DNA of 50,106 nt, taken from the NCBI GenBank assembly GCA_045863395.1, contig BTVJ01000054.1, forward strand, positions 1-50,106. Direction: 5' to 3'. The position numbers and the translations under genes are program-made. Of the stretch, positions 20,301 to 28,140 are shown in pieces (position 1 is the first letter of the stretch; every line of letters begins with the position of its first letter). The notes beneath the pieces were generated by a model. It ran no database searches. It was not told where the DNA came from and saw only the letters and a program-made list of their open reading frames with translations. The DNA comes from Myxococcales bacterium (GTDB lineage: Bacteria > Myxococcota_A > UBA9042 > JABWCM01 > BTVJ01).

Positions 20301-22895
20301 AAGGTGGCCGGCTGTCAGTACGCGGCGAACACCGCCTCGTGCAGCGACAGCAACGTCTGCACCACCGGCGACAAGTGCTCCAACAAGGTCTGCGCGGGCT
20401 CCCTCGTCGACTGCGATGACGGCAACGTGTGCACCACGGACTGGTGCGACGGGGTGGACGGGTGCCAGCACGCCAACAACGCGGCGCCCTGCAATGACGG
20501 CAACGCCTGCACCACGGGGGACAAGTGCAGCGGCGGCACCTGTGGTGGCACGACGACCCTGGTCTGCAACGACGACAACCCGTGCACTGACGACTCGTGC
20601 AAGCCGGGGTCCGGGTGCAGCTTCGTGCCCAACGCCAAGGCCTGCGAGGACGGCAACGCCTGCACGACCGGGGACGTGTGCGTCCAGGGCGCCTGCGCCA
20701 GCGGGACGACGCTGGACTGCAACGCGAGCAATACGAACCCGTGCACATTCGCCCAGTGCAGCCCCGCCGTAGGCTGCCTGGCGGCCGCGCCCGTGGCCAA
20801 CGGCAAGCCCTGCGACGACAAGACCAAGTGCACGAGCTCCGATGCCTGCCAGGCGGGGGTCTGCAAGGGCGCGACGGTCGACTGCAATGACGGCAACCCC
20901 TGTACGGACGACTCGTGCGACGCGGTCCTCGGGTGCCTGTACCAGCCCAACGCGGCGCCCTGCGACGACGGCAACACCTGCACGGTCGGCGACTACTGCT
21001 CGGGTGGCGGCTGCTTCTCGGGCGCGGCGAAGGTGTGCAACGACAACAACGTGTGCACCAATGACTCCTGCAATCCGGTGACGGGGTGCGTGCACTCCAA
21101 CAACACCGTGCCCTGCGACGACGGCAACGCGTGCACGCCGACATCCACCTGCGGAGCGGGCTCCTGCGTGGGCTCCGGGCAGGTGGACTGCACCGACGGC
21201 AACCCGTGCACAGGTGACCAGTGTGATCCCGGGGTGGGCTGCTTCTACATCAACCTGGCGATCCCCTGCACCGACGGCAGCGCCTGCACCAAGGACGACC
21301 AGTGCGTCGACGGGGCCTGCAAGGGCATCAACCCCGTCGTGTGCAACGACGACAACGTGTGCACGGACGACTCGTGCAACCCCCAGACCGGATGCGTCTA
21401 CACGGCCAACGCGGCGAGCTGCAACGACGGCAACGCCTGCACCAACAACGACAAGTGCGCCAACAAGGCTTGCGGCGGGACCACCATAAGCTGCAACGAC
21501 AACAACGCCTGCACCGTGGACTCCTGCGACACGGCGACCGGCTGCAAACACACGCCACAGTCCGGTACGCCCTGCAACGACAACAATAGCTGCACGACGG
21601 TTGACACCTGCAGCAACGGCGTGTGCGTGGGCAGCGTGCCCCCCAACTGCGACGACGGGAACGCCTGCACCAACGACTCCTGCGACGGCGGCGCCGGCTG
21701 CGTCCACGTCAACAACGCCAGCGCCTGCGAGGACGGGAGCCTGTGCACGACCGGGGACTTCTGCCTCGACGGCATCTGCAAGTCGGGCTCCGTGGTCCAG
21801 TGCGCCGATGACGGCAACGCGTGTACCGCCGAGCTCTGCAAGCCGGAGGCCGGGTGCGGCTATGTGCCCCTCACGGGCAACCCCTGCAACGACGGGAACC
21901 CCTGCACCCAGGGCGAGAGCTGCTCCAACGGCGTGTGCGGCGGTGGCTCGGCGACCACCTGCCCCAGCGACGGGAACCCATGCACCATCGAGTCGTGCGA
22001 CCCGGTCACCGGCTGCAAGTCCACGAACGCCACCAACGGCACCCCGTGCGCCGACTCCAACCTGTGCACGCTGAACGACTCGTGCCAGAACGGGGTCTGC
22101 ATCAGCGGCCCGACCAAGCCCGCGTGCTGCAACCCGCAGGACTTCGGGCCCTACCCGTCCACGTGCGGCCAGGCGTTCGAGGGCGAGCTCTCGTCCGGCA
22201 ACGCCTACCCGAGCTACAACGCGACCTGCCCGGATCTATGGGGAGGCAACGACTACGAGCTGTGCCTGCCGACCTTGGCGCCCTCCACGGCGGAGCTGTG
22301 CGTGGACTTCCCGACCGCCACGGGGGCTGCCATGCTGCTCTACGACGGTGCCGAGACGCCCGCGGTGGAGTCGTGCCAGCTCGCGGTCGCCGATGGGACG
22401 TGCACCACGGTGCCCTCGACCAACCCGGGCCACGTGGTGGTGCTCGACAGCAAGTCCGCTGGTCCCCAGCAGGTGCGCTACCACGTGCGTTGCCCCGTGG
22501 GGGCCGCCTGCACCCCGGGGACGACCTTCACCTGCAACAACGCGTGGATGTGCCAGTCCACCTTCTGGACCAACAGCGTCGGGTCCCAGGCAAGCGACTA
22601 TGGCCCGAGCTGTGCGTCGGCGGCCCCGGGGCCCGAGCGCATGTTCAAGTTCACGCCGGCGACCACGGCGGTCCACACGGTATGGGCCTCGCCCAAGTCC
22701 CCTGACCTCAAGATCTACATCGCGCCGTCCAACGGCGGGTCCTGCAACCCCACCGACTGCACCACCTTTGGCGTGAGCCCGCGCCACTTCAGCGCCCAGG
22801 CCGGTCAGGAGGTCTGCATCTGGGTGGAGCTGCCCGCCACCGGCACACCCGCAACGGTGAACCTGAGCGTGAGCTGCTACGGCGCTCTTCCCTGA
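14400..22895 (+). CDS. Giant Cys-rich surface lipoprotein / putative adhesin (2831 aa): ~10-11 Ig-like repeats, LamG-like domain, CDDGNPCT repeat array, C-terminal beta domains
   Basis: GGAG RBS, ATG 14400, lipobox PLAFAA-C. Repeated N(T/S)PP.V...L.C...D.DGD...W...KKGD..C units. LamG-like TLELW..WTHIALSWD..GYIDELRV at ~18440-19050. Cys repeats at ~19465-22130. Confidence 0.9.
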   Translation: MTAPYRWLLAAWVAAPLAFAACDDAPPPPTFDPSDAKTSFEGDPKSVLKLYVAKSTPAADGDGRIDMGDNESLKVVVNVESNDKNLNLNDFGVVWCDQYSVPDGEAIQRLCPDLCGMKGVGGDGARTAELYLPPGALSTLGKEKLEHRVLARLYASDELANPDVCKTAPLLEDSVVITLRTVIKGPAVTVMPAPADTKCYTTSDRLKVRIEPLKAYPKATYEITWYKSIPFDSDQVSRRDLVQAGPLWVCEGTEEVLDSPCLLPPSSTKKGDTFYVTARLVSDGSGNAFSGAETQDPPAIQVCDSYPSCSAPKVSNDPVGVSGAVRCLMETCTDADSDPVLADLVITNLSLETGAARELKGVGPFNLGAFGSAAVDVSYKLTDDPGFVRKGDKVRCDVFPYGPDQAAWAKDTTYPYGDGKKKSSDTTVVLNTPPEVTGVKVVPLDASYTINTSYLCELDTWDDKDGAADLSNLRFTYTWHNGSLDYALMPKTPNVAIGTPGLVEAKKFTPAKDAPGSIGAGQVLCCKITVTDTGNLGAPVGDSTSMLSPKEACIKLTNGAPEMVFQPGQNKIAQVIASSVQGSAAEPYPQCLDVSDLAKTPTGSFLSAQSLVCDTKGTGKDPDGDAVFMHYRWFTCGQGEAQQELLSKVDDPRALANSLSKESTVCCGVSACDGQGACSPEIKSAPVFIQNTPPKVGTPTVVVGGLKPTGDKLGTFLCDVELLDCDGDDVAGKSEVLWSTADGTPPAWPATLMTSLDKVSGLGCSEGLRCRVTAKDGSITAEQAKVTAWSQPLQLKNDPPKVGAVSISGGVKPTVASTLTCSFSGLVDPNGDDPASVSVRWLANGALLTETSAAGTGGKAELSLGSCQKALYAVKKGDVMTCEVRACDGCGACSDYVASNTPPSASTVTLQDSPTVVSGAGLVTLTPEVGGKGDTFMCAIDLGKLQDCDGGEPESFEYVFRLVGQGGVVIANEQGVKSKVTQAPFKFDQCPAIDVFWCEVDVRDKADASVLSPAPTSGTVHLDESPPVVAVLLEPAGPKVGDQVTCTTTALTDADPEDVPKLKPTWKWLVNGASRDDLEGLQKITLTEGTFKKNDKVACTATVSDGCFPAVTSGLSAVTIANSPPTLSGATLGPAAPKMTSTLTCTAGTYADKDGDPEWAVVFEWQTNTTGKLDDWKAVPIACQKDVPAERKSLFDLDQCLQMVPAKGHQIRCLARAVDGPLAPPSQSPAATSIAVTIADSPPMLLDVSLAPYGSSLPSAPSLDPGQNVLRCAADANDPDGDAFSVSRMWMIYGSDGAQKGAFAGGEDLDLGTAGVSSCDSVVCEVTLKNAQGLKVTSEVRSADIRGGGSLYFGGVPNAWVDLKPGTVSGVTSTGTLELWYWAEVLPAVGTVRNTLLERVDASVAKQWELAIQPGGSVALRSGSANFFTPSGAGVGTAQLQAGVWTHIALSWDAVSATLWVGGVAVGTWSTALPFDLGATRLGASGGRAPGGYIDELRVRSAKATPQPNQPYLQKTADTLALYHLDPAEGDVVADVTGNGFHGAFGSSPAARRVHAQLDACGLVACGAGTDSCLLPPTSVSLEYAGTTFSGGVLEYVARCKASGGVDLSGGTVTDYKFMWYDQTTGQNIGEAKIGKGEATQKVAVGSGCRYVTCTAAPLPLGGGAEGPSASSAPAKALCVLNGTAVVDFGCDDGNKCTADVADPVTGCAHDVDDGATCSTQCAQLQTSACVGGQCLCLSQCSNPEDDPCIQAVSVAPDGTCIYGPKQNGTPCVPLSACVSGEGQCQSGVCVNAPQLSCDDGNPCTDDWCDEAAGCKHANNAKECSDGSACTVGDVCLNGSCKSGGLLDCNDGNTCTSDACNPGAATPAVACTYVPLTGPTCSDGNACTKNDACSAGSCKGTADNCNDGNPCTNDACDPAKGCVYTFNTSACDDLDACTKSDQCVSGTCQGIAASCNDGNPCTDDSCDKVAGCQYAANTASCSDSNVCTTGDKCSNKVCAGSLVDCDDGNVCTTDWCDGVDGCQHANNAAPCNDGNACTTGDKCSGGTCGGTTTLVCNDDNPCTDDSCKPGSGCSFVPNAKACEDGNACTTGDVCVQGACASGTTLDCNASNTNPCTFAQCSPAVGCLAAAPVANGKPCDDKTKCTSSDACQAGVCKGATVDCNDGNPCTDDSCDAVLGCLYQPNAAPCDDGNTCTVGDYCSGGGCFSGAAKVCNDNNVCTNDSCNPVTGCVHSNNTVPCDDGNACTPTSTCGAGSCVGSGQVDCTDGNPCTGDQCDPGVGCFYINLAIPCTDGSACTKDDQCVDGACKGINPVVCNDDNVCTDDSCNPQTGCVYTANAASCNDGNACTNNDKCANKACGGTTISCNDNNACTVDSCDTATGCKHTPQSGTPCNDNNSCTTVDTCSNGVCVGSVPPNCDDGNACTNDSCDGGAGCVHVNNASACEDGSLCTTGDFCLDGICKSGSVVQCADDGNACTAELCKPEAGCGYVPLTGNPCNDGNPCTQGESCSNGVCGGGSATTCPSDGNPCTIESCDPVTGCKSTNATNGTPCADSNLCTLNDSCQNGVCISGPTKPACCNPQDFGPYPSTCGQAFEGELSSGNAYPSYNATCPDLWGGNDYELCLPTLAPSTAELCVDFPTATGAAMLLYDGAETPAVESCQLAVADGTCTTVPSTNPGHVVVLDSKSAGPQQVRYHVRCPVGAACTPGTTFTCNNAWMCQSTFWTNSVGSQASDYGPSCASAAPGPERMFKFTPATTAVHTVWASPKSPDLKIYIAPSNGGSCNPTDCTTFGVSPRHFSAQAGQEVCIWVELPATGTPATVNLSVSCYGALP

Positions 22896-22987
22896 CCTCC
22901 GCCGGTAGGGCCGCCCCGTGGCCTCCTTGACATCCGTCGCTCCGGTGGCCGATCCTCCGGGCCACTGCCACCTCCGAGGAGCGCGCG

Positions 22988-23797
22988 ATGTTCATGGTGG
23001 ACGCCGAGGTCGAGGAGCGAGTCGGGCGCATCGAGCTCCCCTTCAACGCATACGGCTACGACCCCTATGGTGTCTCCCGGAGACACCTGGTCTGGTTCTA
23101 CTCGGCGCTGGCGGTGTTCTACCGGCGCTACTTCCGTGTGCGGGCCCACGGCGTCGAGCACGTGCCCGCGCGCGGCGCCGCCATGCTCATCGGCAACCAC
23201 TCCGGCTCCCTTCCGGTGGACGGGGGCATGGTCCTCGCGTCCATGCTCCTGGAGCACGAGCCGCCGCGGCTCGTCCACGGGATGGTCGAGAAGTTTGCCG
23301 AGGCGTGGCCCTTCGTCTCCGAGTGGTTCAACCGCATCGGCCAGTTCACGGGCCTCCCGGACCACGCGGTGCGCCTCCTGAAGGAGGGCCGCATGCTCAT
23401 GGTCTTCCCAGAGGGCGCGCGGGGGACGGGCAAGCTCTACAAAGATCGCTACAAGCTCGTGCGCTTCGGGACCGGGTTCATGCGGCTGGCGCTCCAGACC
23501 CGCACCCCCATCGTCCCGTTCGCCTTCATTGGCGGTGAGGAGGCCCTGCCGGCCATGTTCCACCTCAACGGCCTCGCCAAGCTGATTGGTGCGCCGTATT
23601 GGCCCGTTCCTCCCCACCTGGTCCCGTTTCCGCTCCCTGTGCCCTGCGAGCTGTACTATGGCGAGCCGCTCGTCTTCGAGGGAGACGGGACGGAGCCGGA
23701 CGAGGTCATCGAGGAGTACGTCGGCCGGGTCAAGCTGCGGATCCGCGAGCTCATCGCGGACGGCCTGGCACGCAGAGCGGAGGGCACGGCGCGATGA
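22988..23797 (+). CDS. Lysophospholipid/glycerol acyltransferase family protein, PlsC-like (269 aa)
   Basis: GAGGAG RBS. NHSGSLPVD (HxxxxxD-type), VFPEG, GFMRLAL and PIVP motifs. Confidence 0.9.
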   Translation: MFMVDAEVEERVGRIELPFNAYGYDPYGVSRRHLVWFYSALAVFYRRYFRVRAHGVEHVPARGAAMLIGNHSGSLPVDGGMVLASMLLEHEPPRLVHGMVEKFAEAWPFVSEWFNRIGQFTGLPDHAVRLLKEGRMLMVFPEGARGTGKLYKDRYKLVRFGTGFMRLALQTRTPIVPFAFIGGEEALPAMFHLNGLAKLIGAPYWPVPPHLVPFPLPVPCELYYGEPLVFEGDGTEPDEVIEEYVGRVKLRIRELIADGLARRAEGTAR

Positions 23798-24705
23798 AGG
23801 TCGTCATCACGGGCATCACTGGCGCCCTCGGGCGCATGGTGGCAGAGGAGCTGGTCCACGGTGGCCACCACGTCATCGGTATTGACCGCCGCCCATGGCC
23901 CGACGCCCCCCGGGGCGTCGAGATGGTGCGCGCGGATGTGCGCAAGCGGCCCGCCGAGGACGTGTTTCGCACGCAGCAGCCGGACGCGGCCATCCACATG
24001 GCGACGGTCACGCACTTCTCTGCGCGCTTCGAGGAGCGGTACCGCATCAACCTGGGCGGGACCCGCGCCATCTTCGACCACTGCCACAACTATGGGTGCA
24101 AGCAGGCCATCTTCGTGGGTCGCCACACCGTCTACGGGGCGGCCCCGGATGCCCCCATGTACCACACGGAGGCGGACCCGCCGCTTGGCGGCTCCACGTT
24201 CCCCGAGCTCGCAGACCTGGTCGCCGCTGACCTGTTCGCCGCCTCGACGCTCTGGCGGTACGAGGACCTGACCACCGCCGTGCTGCGCATCGTCTACACG
24301 CTCGGCCCGTCGCGCCGCGGCACCCTCGCCAACTTCTTGAGCGGCCCCCGGGTCCCTTCCGTACTTGGGTTCGATCCGCTCTTTCAGTTCATGCACGAGC
24401 GTGACGCCGCGAGGGCCATCGTCGCGGCGCTCCTGTCCCGCCTCCACGGCGTCTACAACGTCGCCGGCCCCCAGCCGGTGCCGCTCTCGTTCCTGTGTCG
24501 CATGACGGGCCGCCAGCGGATTCCGGTGCCCGAGCCCCTCTACGGGCGCGTCCTGGGTCGCTTCGGCTTCTCGTGGCTACCCGATGCGTCTCGCAAGCAC
24601 GTCAAGCACTCGATCGTCGTGGACGCCGCTCCGTTCCGCGAAGCGACGGGCTTCGCGCACGAGTTCGACGAGATCCAGACCATGGAGGCGTTTCGCTGGG
24701 CTTGA
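23794..24705 (+). CDS. NAD-dependent epimerase/dehydratase-fold (extended SDR) protein (303 aa)
   Basis: ATGA overlap with the upstream gene. MKVVITGITGALG Rossmann motif, HMA, NLGGT, QFMHERDAA, GVYNVAG. Confidence 0.88.
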   Translation: MKVVITGITGALGRMVAEELVHGGHHVIGIDRRPWPDAPRGVEMVRADVRKRPAEDVFRTQQPDAAIHMATVTHFSARFEERYRINLGGTRAIFDHCHNYGCKQAIFVGRHTVYGAAPDAPMYHTEADPPLGGSTFPELADLVAADLFAASTLWRYEDLTTAVLRIVYTLGPSRRGTLANFLSGPRVPSVLGFDPLFQFMHERDAARAIVAALLSRLHGVYNVAGPQPVPLSFLCRMTGRQRIPVPEPLYGRVLGRFGFSWLPDASRKHVKHSIVVDAAPFREATGFAHEFDEIQTMEAFRWA

Positions 24706-24792
24706 CGGGGTGGCCGTGACGCACCAGATGGGCTGGGAGCCGGGAGGTCCCTCTGATGCTGATCCAGTGAGTGTCGCGACGTTGGCGGAGGG

Positions 24793-25740
24793 CTACTTCG
24801 GGGCCTCGCCCCCCTCCTGGGAGCGGATCAGCCGGTCGAGCTCGCTCTTGGCGGTCTCGATGAAGGTCTTCTCGCCAGGGAGGTTCTCTGCCACCTCCAG
24901 GTAGCGCTTCCAGTGGGCGATGGACTGTTGGGCGTCGCCCTTCTCTTCCAGGGCGTAGGCCAGGTTGAACAGCGCCTGGGCGTAGTCTTCCTTGATCTTG
25001 ATCGCGCTCTGGTAAGCGCGGATCTCGTTGTCCACGTCCGCCAGCTTGTTGTAGGCGATCGCCATGTTATAGAACGCCTTGTGGTAGTTGGGGCGACGCT
25101 CGACGGCCTTCTTGTAGTCCTCGACCTCCTTCTCGCGTAGCGCCTTCTTGTCCGCGTCCGCCAGGGCGGCCTCGGCCTGCTTGCTGTACGCGATGCCCCG
25201 GTTGAACCAGGCGTCCGGCATGTCCGGGTCGATCTCGATGGCCTTCCCGTAGGCGTCGATGGCCTGCTCCAGCTTGCCCTTGCGCGCGTTGAGGATGCCG
25301 ATGTTCACCCACGCGTCCGCCGCCTTGGGCTCCTGCTGGACCACCTTCTGGTACGTCTCGAGCGCCTGATCCGCCTGCCCGCTGTCCTCCAGGGCGATGG
25401 CCAGGTTGAACAAGGCCTTGCCGTACTTCGGGTCCAGGTCGACGGCCTTGCGGTATGCCTCGATCTCCCGCGCAAAGTCCTTGTTCCGGCTGTACGCGAG
25501 GCCCAGGTTGTACCACGCCTCCTTGAAGTCCTTCCGTCCCTCCACCGCCTTCTCGTAGGCCTCCACGGCCTTGTCGATCAGGCCGGCGTTCATGTAGTCG
25601 TTGCCGAGCTTGAAGTGCTCGTCGGGGCTCTTCTCCTGGCCGTGCGCCGCCGTGGCGAAGAGCAGGGCGAGCAGTGCGGAAGAGAATGCGGCGGAGAAGG
25701 AGAGAGCGGCTGCCCTTCCCCTGGTTCGCTTCGTTTGCAT
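24793..25740 (-). CDS. Secreted tetratricopeptide-repeat protein (~315 aa)
   Basis: Signal peptide ending AHG-Q. About 7-8 TPRs (AWYNLG, ALFNLA, AWVNIG, AWFNRG, AFYNMA). Confidence 0.9.
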   Translation of the reverse strand: MQTKRTRGRAAALSFSAAFSSALLALLFATAAHGQEKSPDEHFKLGNDYMNAGLIDKAVEAYEKAVEGRKDFKEAWYNLGLAYSRNKDFAREIEAYRKAVDLDPKYGKALFNLAIALEDSGQADQALETYQKVVQQEPKAADAWVNIGILNARKGKLEQAIDAYGKAIEIDPDMPDAWFNRGIAYSKQAEAALADADKKALREKEVEDYKKAVERRPNYHKAFYNMAIAYNKLADVDNEIRAYQSAIKIKEDYAQALFNLAYALEEKGDAQQSIAHWKRYLEVAENLPGEKTFIETAKSELDRLIRSQEGGEAPK

Positions 25741-25806
25741 GGCCTCACACAAGCGGGTTGCCTCGGGGGAGCCCGGAGATGTATCTAGATCTCCGAATCG
25801 CCGCCC

Positions 25807-25835
25807 ACGGTATGAGAATCCCGGGCGCTTGTCAA
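25807..25835 (-). promoter_or_regulatory. Putative sigma70 promoter for the TPR gene
   Basis: Minus strand TTGACA-17 nt-TACCGT. Confidence 0.5.
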
Positions 25836-25887
25836 CCTTGTGCCGGAGCCGTCGAACATGCCCAAGCACGCCGAATTACGAGAGGTT

Positions 25888-26511
25888 GTGCGCTTCGTGT
25901 CCCTCTCTGGCCTGCTCCTCGCCGCTGCGTGCAAGCCAGACTCCGAGCCCGCCCACCCGTACAAGCAGGTGCCGCAGCATCCCCAGGCGGGCCCCACCGT
26001 ACTCGATGCGGGCAAGGCGCCCACCGAGGCGCCCACCCCACCGCCAGACAGTCCTCCGTCTGAGGAGCCCGTTGCGGCGGATGTCCGCGCGGGTGGTGAG
26101 GCTACCGTGGACGCAGGCGCTGCTGGAGCGGCCGTTGGGGGCCCGGACGGCTCCGGCGCGGCCGCACTCCCGCCAGAGGCGGCCGGGGACGTGTCGGCCC
26201 GCTTCTACGCCCTCGCAGGCATGCGCCTCGTCGGCCGCAGCCAGGAGGGCACCTCTCGGTGGCTCTTCAAGCAGAACGGGTTCTTCGAGCGGGAGCTCCA
26301 CGCGCCCGACCGCACCGTCACCGTCTGGAATGGGACCTGGAAGCTGGAGGCGGGTCAGCTCGGGCTCGCGTACAAGCAGACCGTCCGCACCGACGCCGAG
26401 GGCGCCGCGGCGGAGGCGACCGAGGGGACCGCGACCCTGCCCGTGGCGCTGGCGGGCAAGCTCAAGCTGGCCATCGGCGGGGTCGAGGTCTCCGTGGACC
26501 TCGACGATTGA
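25888..26511 (+). CDS. Hypothetical lipoprotein with Pro-rich linker and lipocalin-like beta domain (~207 aa)
   Basis: GAGAGG before GTG 25888 (alternative ATG 25858). Lipobox LLLAAA-C. WLFKQNGFF...WNGTWKLE beta pattern. Confidence 0.7.
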   Translation: MRFVSLSGLLLAAACKPDSEPAHPYKQVPQHPQAGPTVLDAGKAPTEAPTPPPDSPPSEEPVAADVRAGGEATVDAGAAGAAVGGPDGSGAAALPPEAAGDVSARFYALAGMRLVGRSQEGTSRWLFKQNGFFERELHAPDRTVTVWNGTWKLEAGQLGLAYKQTVRTDAEGAAAEATEGTATLPVALAGKLKLAIGGVEVSVDLDD

Positions 26512-26568
26512 GCTCGACGGTGATAAGGTACGCGGGTCTGACTTCCGCCCAGTCCGAGGAGAGCCCCC

Positions 26569-27231
26569 ATGCCTGACCCCACGGACCCGAAGCGCACCGA
26601 CGACGGCGGTGACGAGCGCGACGCGCGCCACGACCTGACGGCCAACGCCCGCCGGGTGGAGGACTTCCTCAAGCGCAACGCCGAGCTGGGGCTGGAGGCG
26701 CGGGTGAGCCGCAAGTACAGCTCGCTGGCGCGCGACCTCCTCTCGGACTCGGTCCCGCAGCGCCTGGACCCAGGTACGAAGAGCGAGGTCGACCAGGTCG
26801 TCGGCTTCGACACCTCGCACGTCCGCATCCACGTCGGGGAGCGCGCCCAGCAGGCCGCCGACGCCCTCAATGCCAGGGCCTTCGCGCTCGGCGACAACGA
26901 CATCTTCTTCGGTCGCGGGGAGTTCCAGCCGGGCACGGCCACGGGCAAGGCGCTGCTCGCCCACGAGATGACGCACGTCTACGAGCAGAGCCAGCCCGTG
27001 GCCCTCGCCACCAAGGAGGGGATCGCAGAGGCCGGCCTCAGACCGGGCGAGGAGACCGCCACGCGCGCCGAGCAGGAGATGTTCCGTCAGGCAACGGAAG
27101 ACGAGGACTCAGCCCGGCGCGACCTCCAGACTCGGGAGCTCACCATGATGGAGAAGGTGCTCCTCGAGGAGAAGATCATGAAGGTGCTCAAGGAGCGCCA
27201 GATCCTCGGCCGGGAGCGCCGCGGTCGCTGA
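26569..27231 (+). CDS. DUF4157 (eCIS core) domain protein, HExxH metallopeptidase-like (220 aa)
   Basis: GAGGAG RBS. GFDTSHVRIH...AADALNARAFALG..IFFGRGEFQPGT..GKALLAHEMTHVYEQ is the DUF4157 signature. Confidence 0.88.
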   Translation: MPDPTDPKRTDDGGDERDARHDLTANARRVEDFLKRNAELGLEARVSRKYSSLARDLLSDSVPQRLDPGTKSEVDQVVGFDTSHVRIHVGERAQQAADALNARAFALGDNDIFFGRGEFQPGTATGKALLAHEMTHVYEQSQPVALATKEGIAEAGLRPGEETATRAEQEMFRQATEDEDSARRDLQTRELTMMEKVLLEEKIMKVLKERQILGRERRGR

Positions 27232-27305
27232 CCTCGCGCCGAGCCCCGCGCGGGGCATGTGACCCTCCCGCGCTCACGCCTCCAGCGCAAATCTGGCGCC
27301 GTCCC

Positions 27306-28004
27306 TCAACGTCGCCTGGGGAGGGGAGCGTCGCCCTCCGCCGGCCGGCTGCGCGGCGCCAGCAGGGCGGAGATCCTCCCGACACCTGCGGCGAGCGTGG
27401 TCTCTGGGCCATAGGGCGCAAAGGGAACTGCCGCCACCTCGCCCTCCGCGGTCAACAACGGGGTCCCGTCAGGGGACACAACGTTGGTCACCCAGGTGGG
27501 GCCCAGCACCGGGTCGTCGAGCAGCTCGACGAGGGCGCCGCGCGTCAGGACCTCGTGGCCGAAGCTCCACACGTTGGACAGAATCACCAGGTCCCCCCGC
27601 GCTCGCTCGTCCTCGGGCGCGGCGAGGGGGACGGGGGCCAGCTCCGGCGGCCAGGGGTCGAGGGCGAGCAGGGCCATCACCCCGTCGGTGCGAACCGCCC
27701 GCGCGCCAATCTGCCGCTCCTCGGACAGGACGACCTTGGGGCGCGCGCCACCGACGAGCAGCCGCGTCGCGGTCAGGAGCCGCGGGCCGTCCGGTGTGCG
27801 CAGCGCGACGGCGGTCCCCTGGTGCCCCGGGAGCAGCAGGGGCCCCGCGTCGGCCGGTACCAGGAGCAGCGGCACCACGGAGGCCCGCAGGCGCACGCGC
27901 AGCGCTTCGGCGGCGTCCCAGTCGACCAGCGCGTCGGCGGCCTGCTGCGCGGCGCCCGGACGAGGGGCGAGCATCAGGCATGCGACGAGGGCGGCGCGCA
28001 ACAT
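27306..28004 (-). CDS. Secreted trypsin-like (HtrA-type) fold protein, apparently lacking the catalytic triad (232 aa)
   Basis: Signal peptide. [14 protein letters not shown] (cf. LTAxHVV), DGVMALLAL (cf. DLALL), [17 protein letters not shown] (cf. GNSGGPLxNxxGEVxGV). Confidence 0.65.
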   Translation of the reverse strand: MLRAALVACLMLAPRPGAAQQAADALVDWDAAEALRVRLRASVVPLLLVPADAGPLLLPGHQGTAVALRTPDGPRLLTATRLLVGGARPKVVLSEERQIGARAVRTDGVMALLALDPWPPELAPVPLAAPEDERARGDLVILSNVWSFGHEVLTRGALVELLDDPVLGPTWVTNVVSPDGTPLLTAEGEVAAVPFAPYGPETTLAAGVGRISALLAPRSRPAEGDAPLPRRR

Positions 28005-28062
28005 GGGCGGAGACGGTAGCACGCCTCGGCCCGGACCGCCTACGCCGGCGCGCCAACAAGTG

Positions 28063-28092
28063 TTGCCGGGGAGGATCGTCGGCACGTATACT
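28063..28092 (+). promoter_or_regulatory. Putative sigma70 promoter for the TSP3 lipoprotein gene
   Basis: TTGCCG-18 nt-TATACT upstream of the GGAGGA RBS. Confidence 0.45.
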
Positions 28093-28140
28093 TCGGCGCA
28101 TTCGTGCCCACGTGCCGATCCGCAACCGGAGGACCCCACC

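Noticed and set aside
14499..21707. Long ORFs 14499-18026(-), 16610-20080(+) and 18120-21707(-)
   Set aside because: Alternate-frame or antisense shadows of the giant lipoprotein, with Arg/Gly/Val-rich non-protein-like composition.
19465..22130. Recurring tgcaacgacggcaacccgtgcacc-like DNA units as a possible CRISPR array or DGR repeat
   Set aside because: They are degenerate in-frame coding repeats with synonymous variation. There is no repeat-spacer structure and no cas or reverse transcriptase gene.
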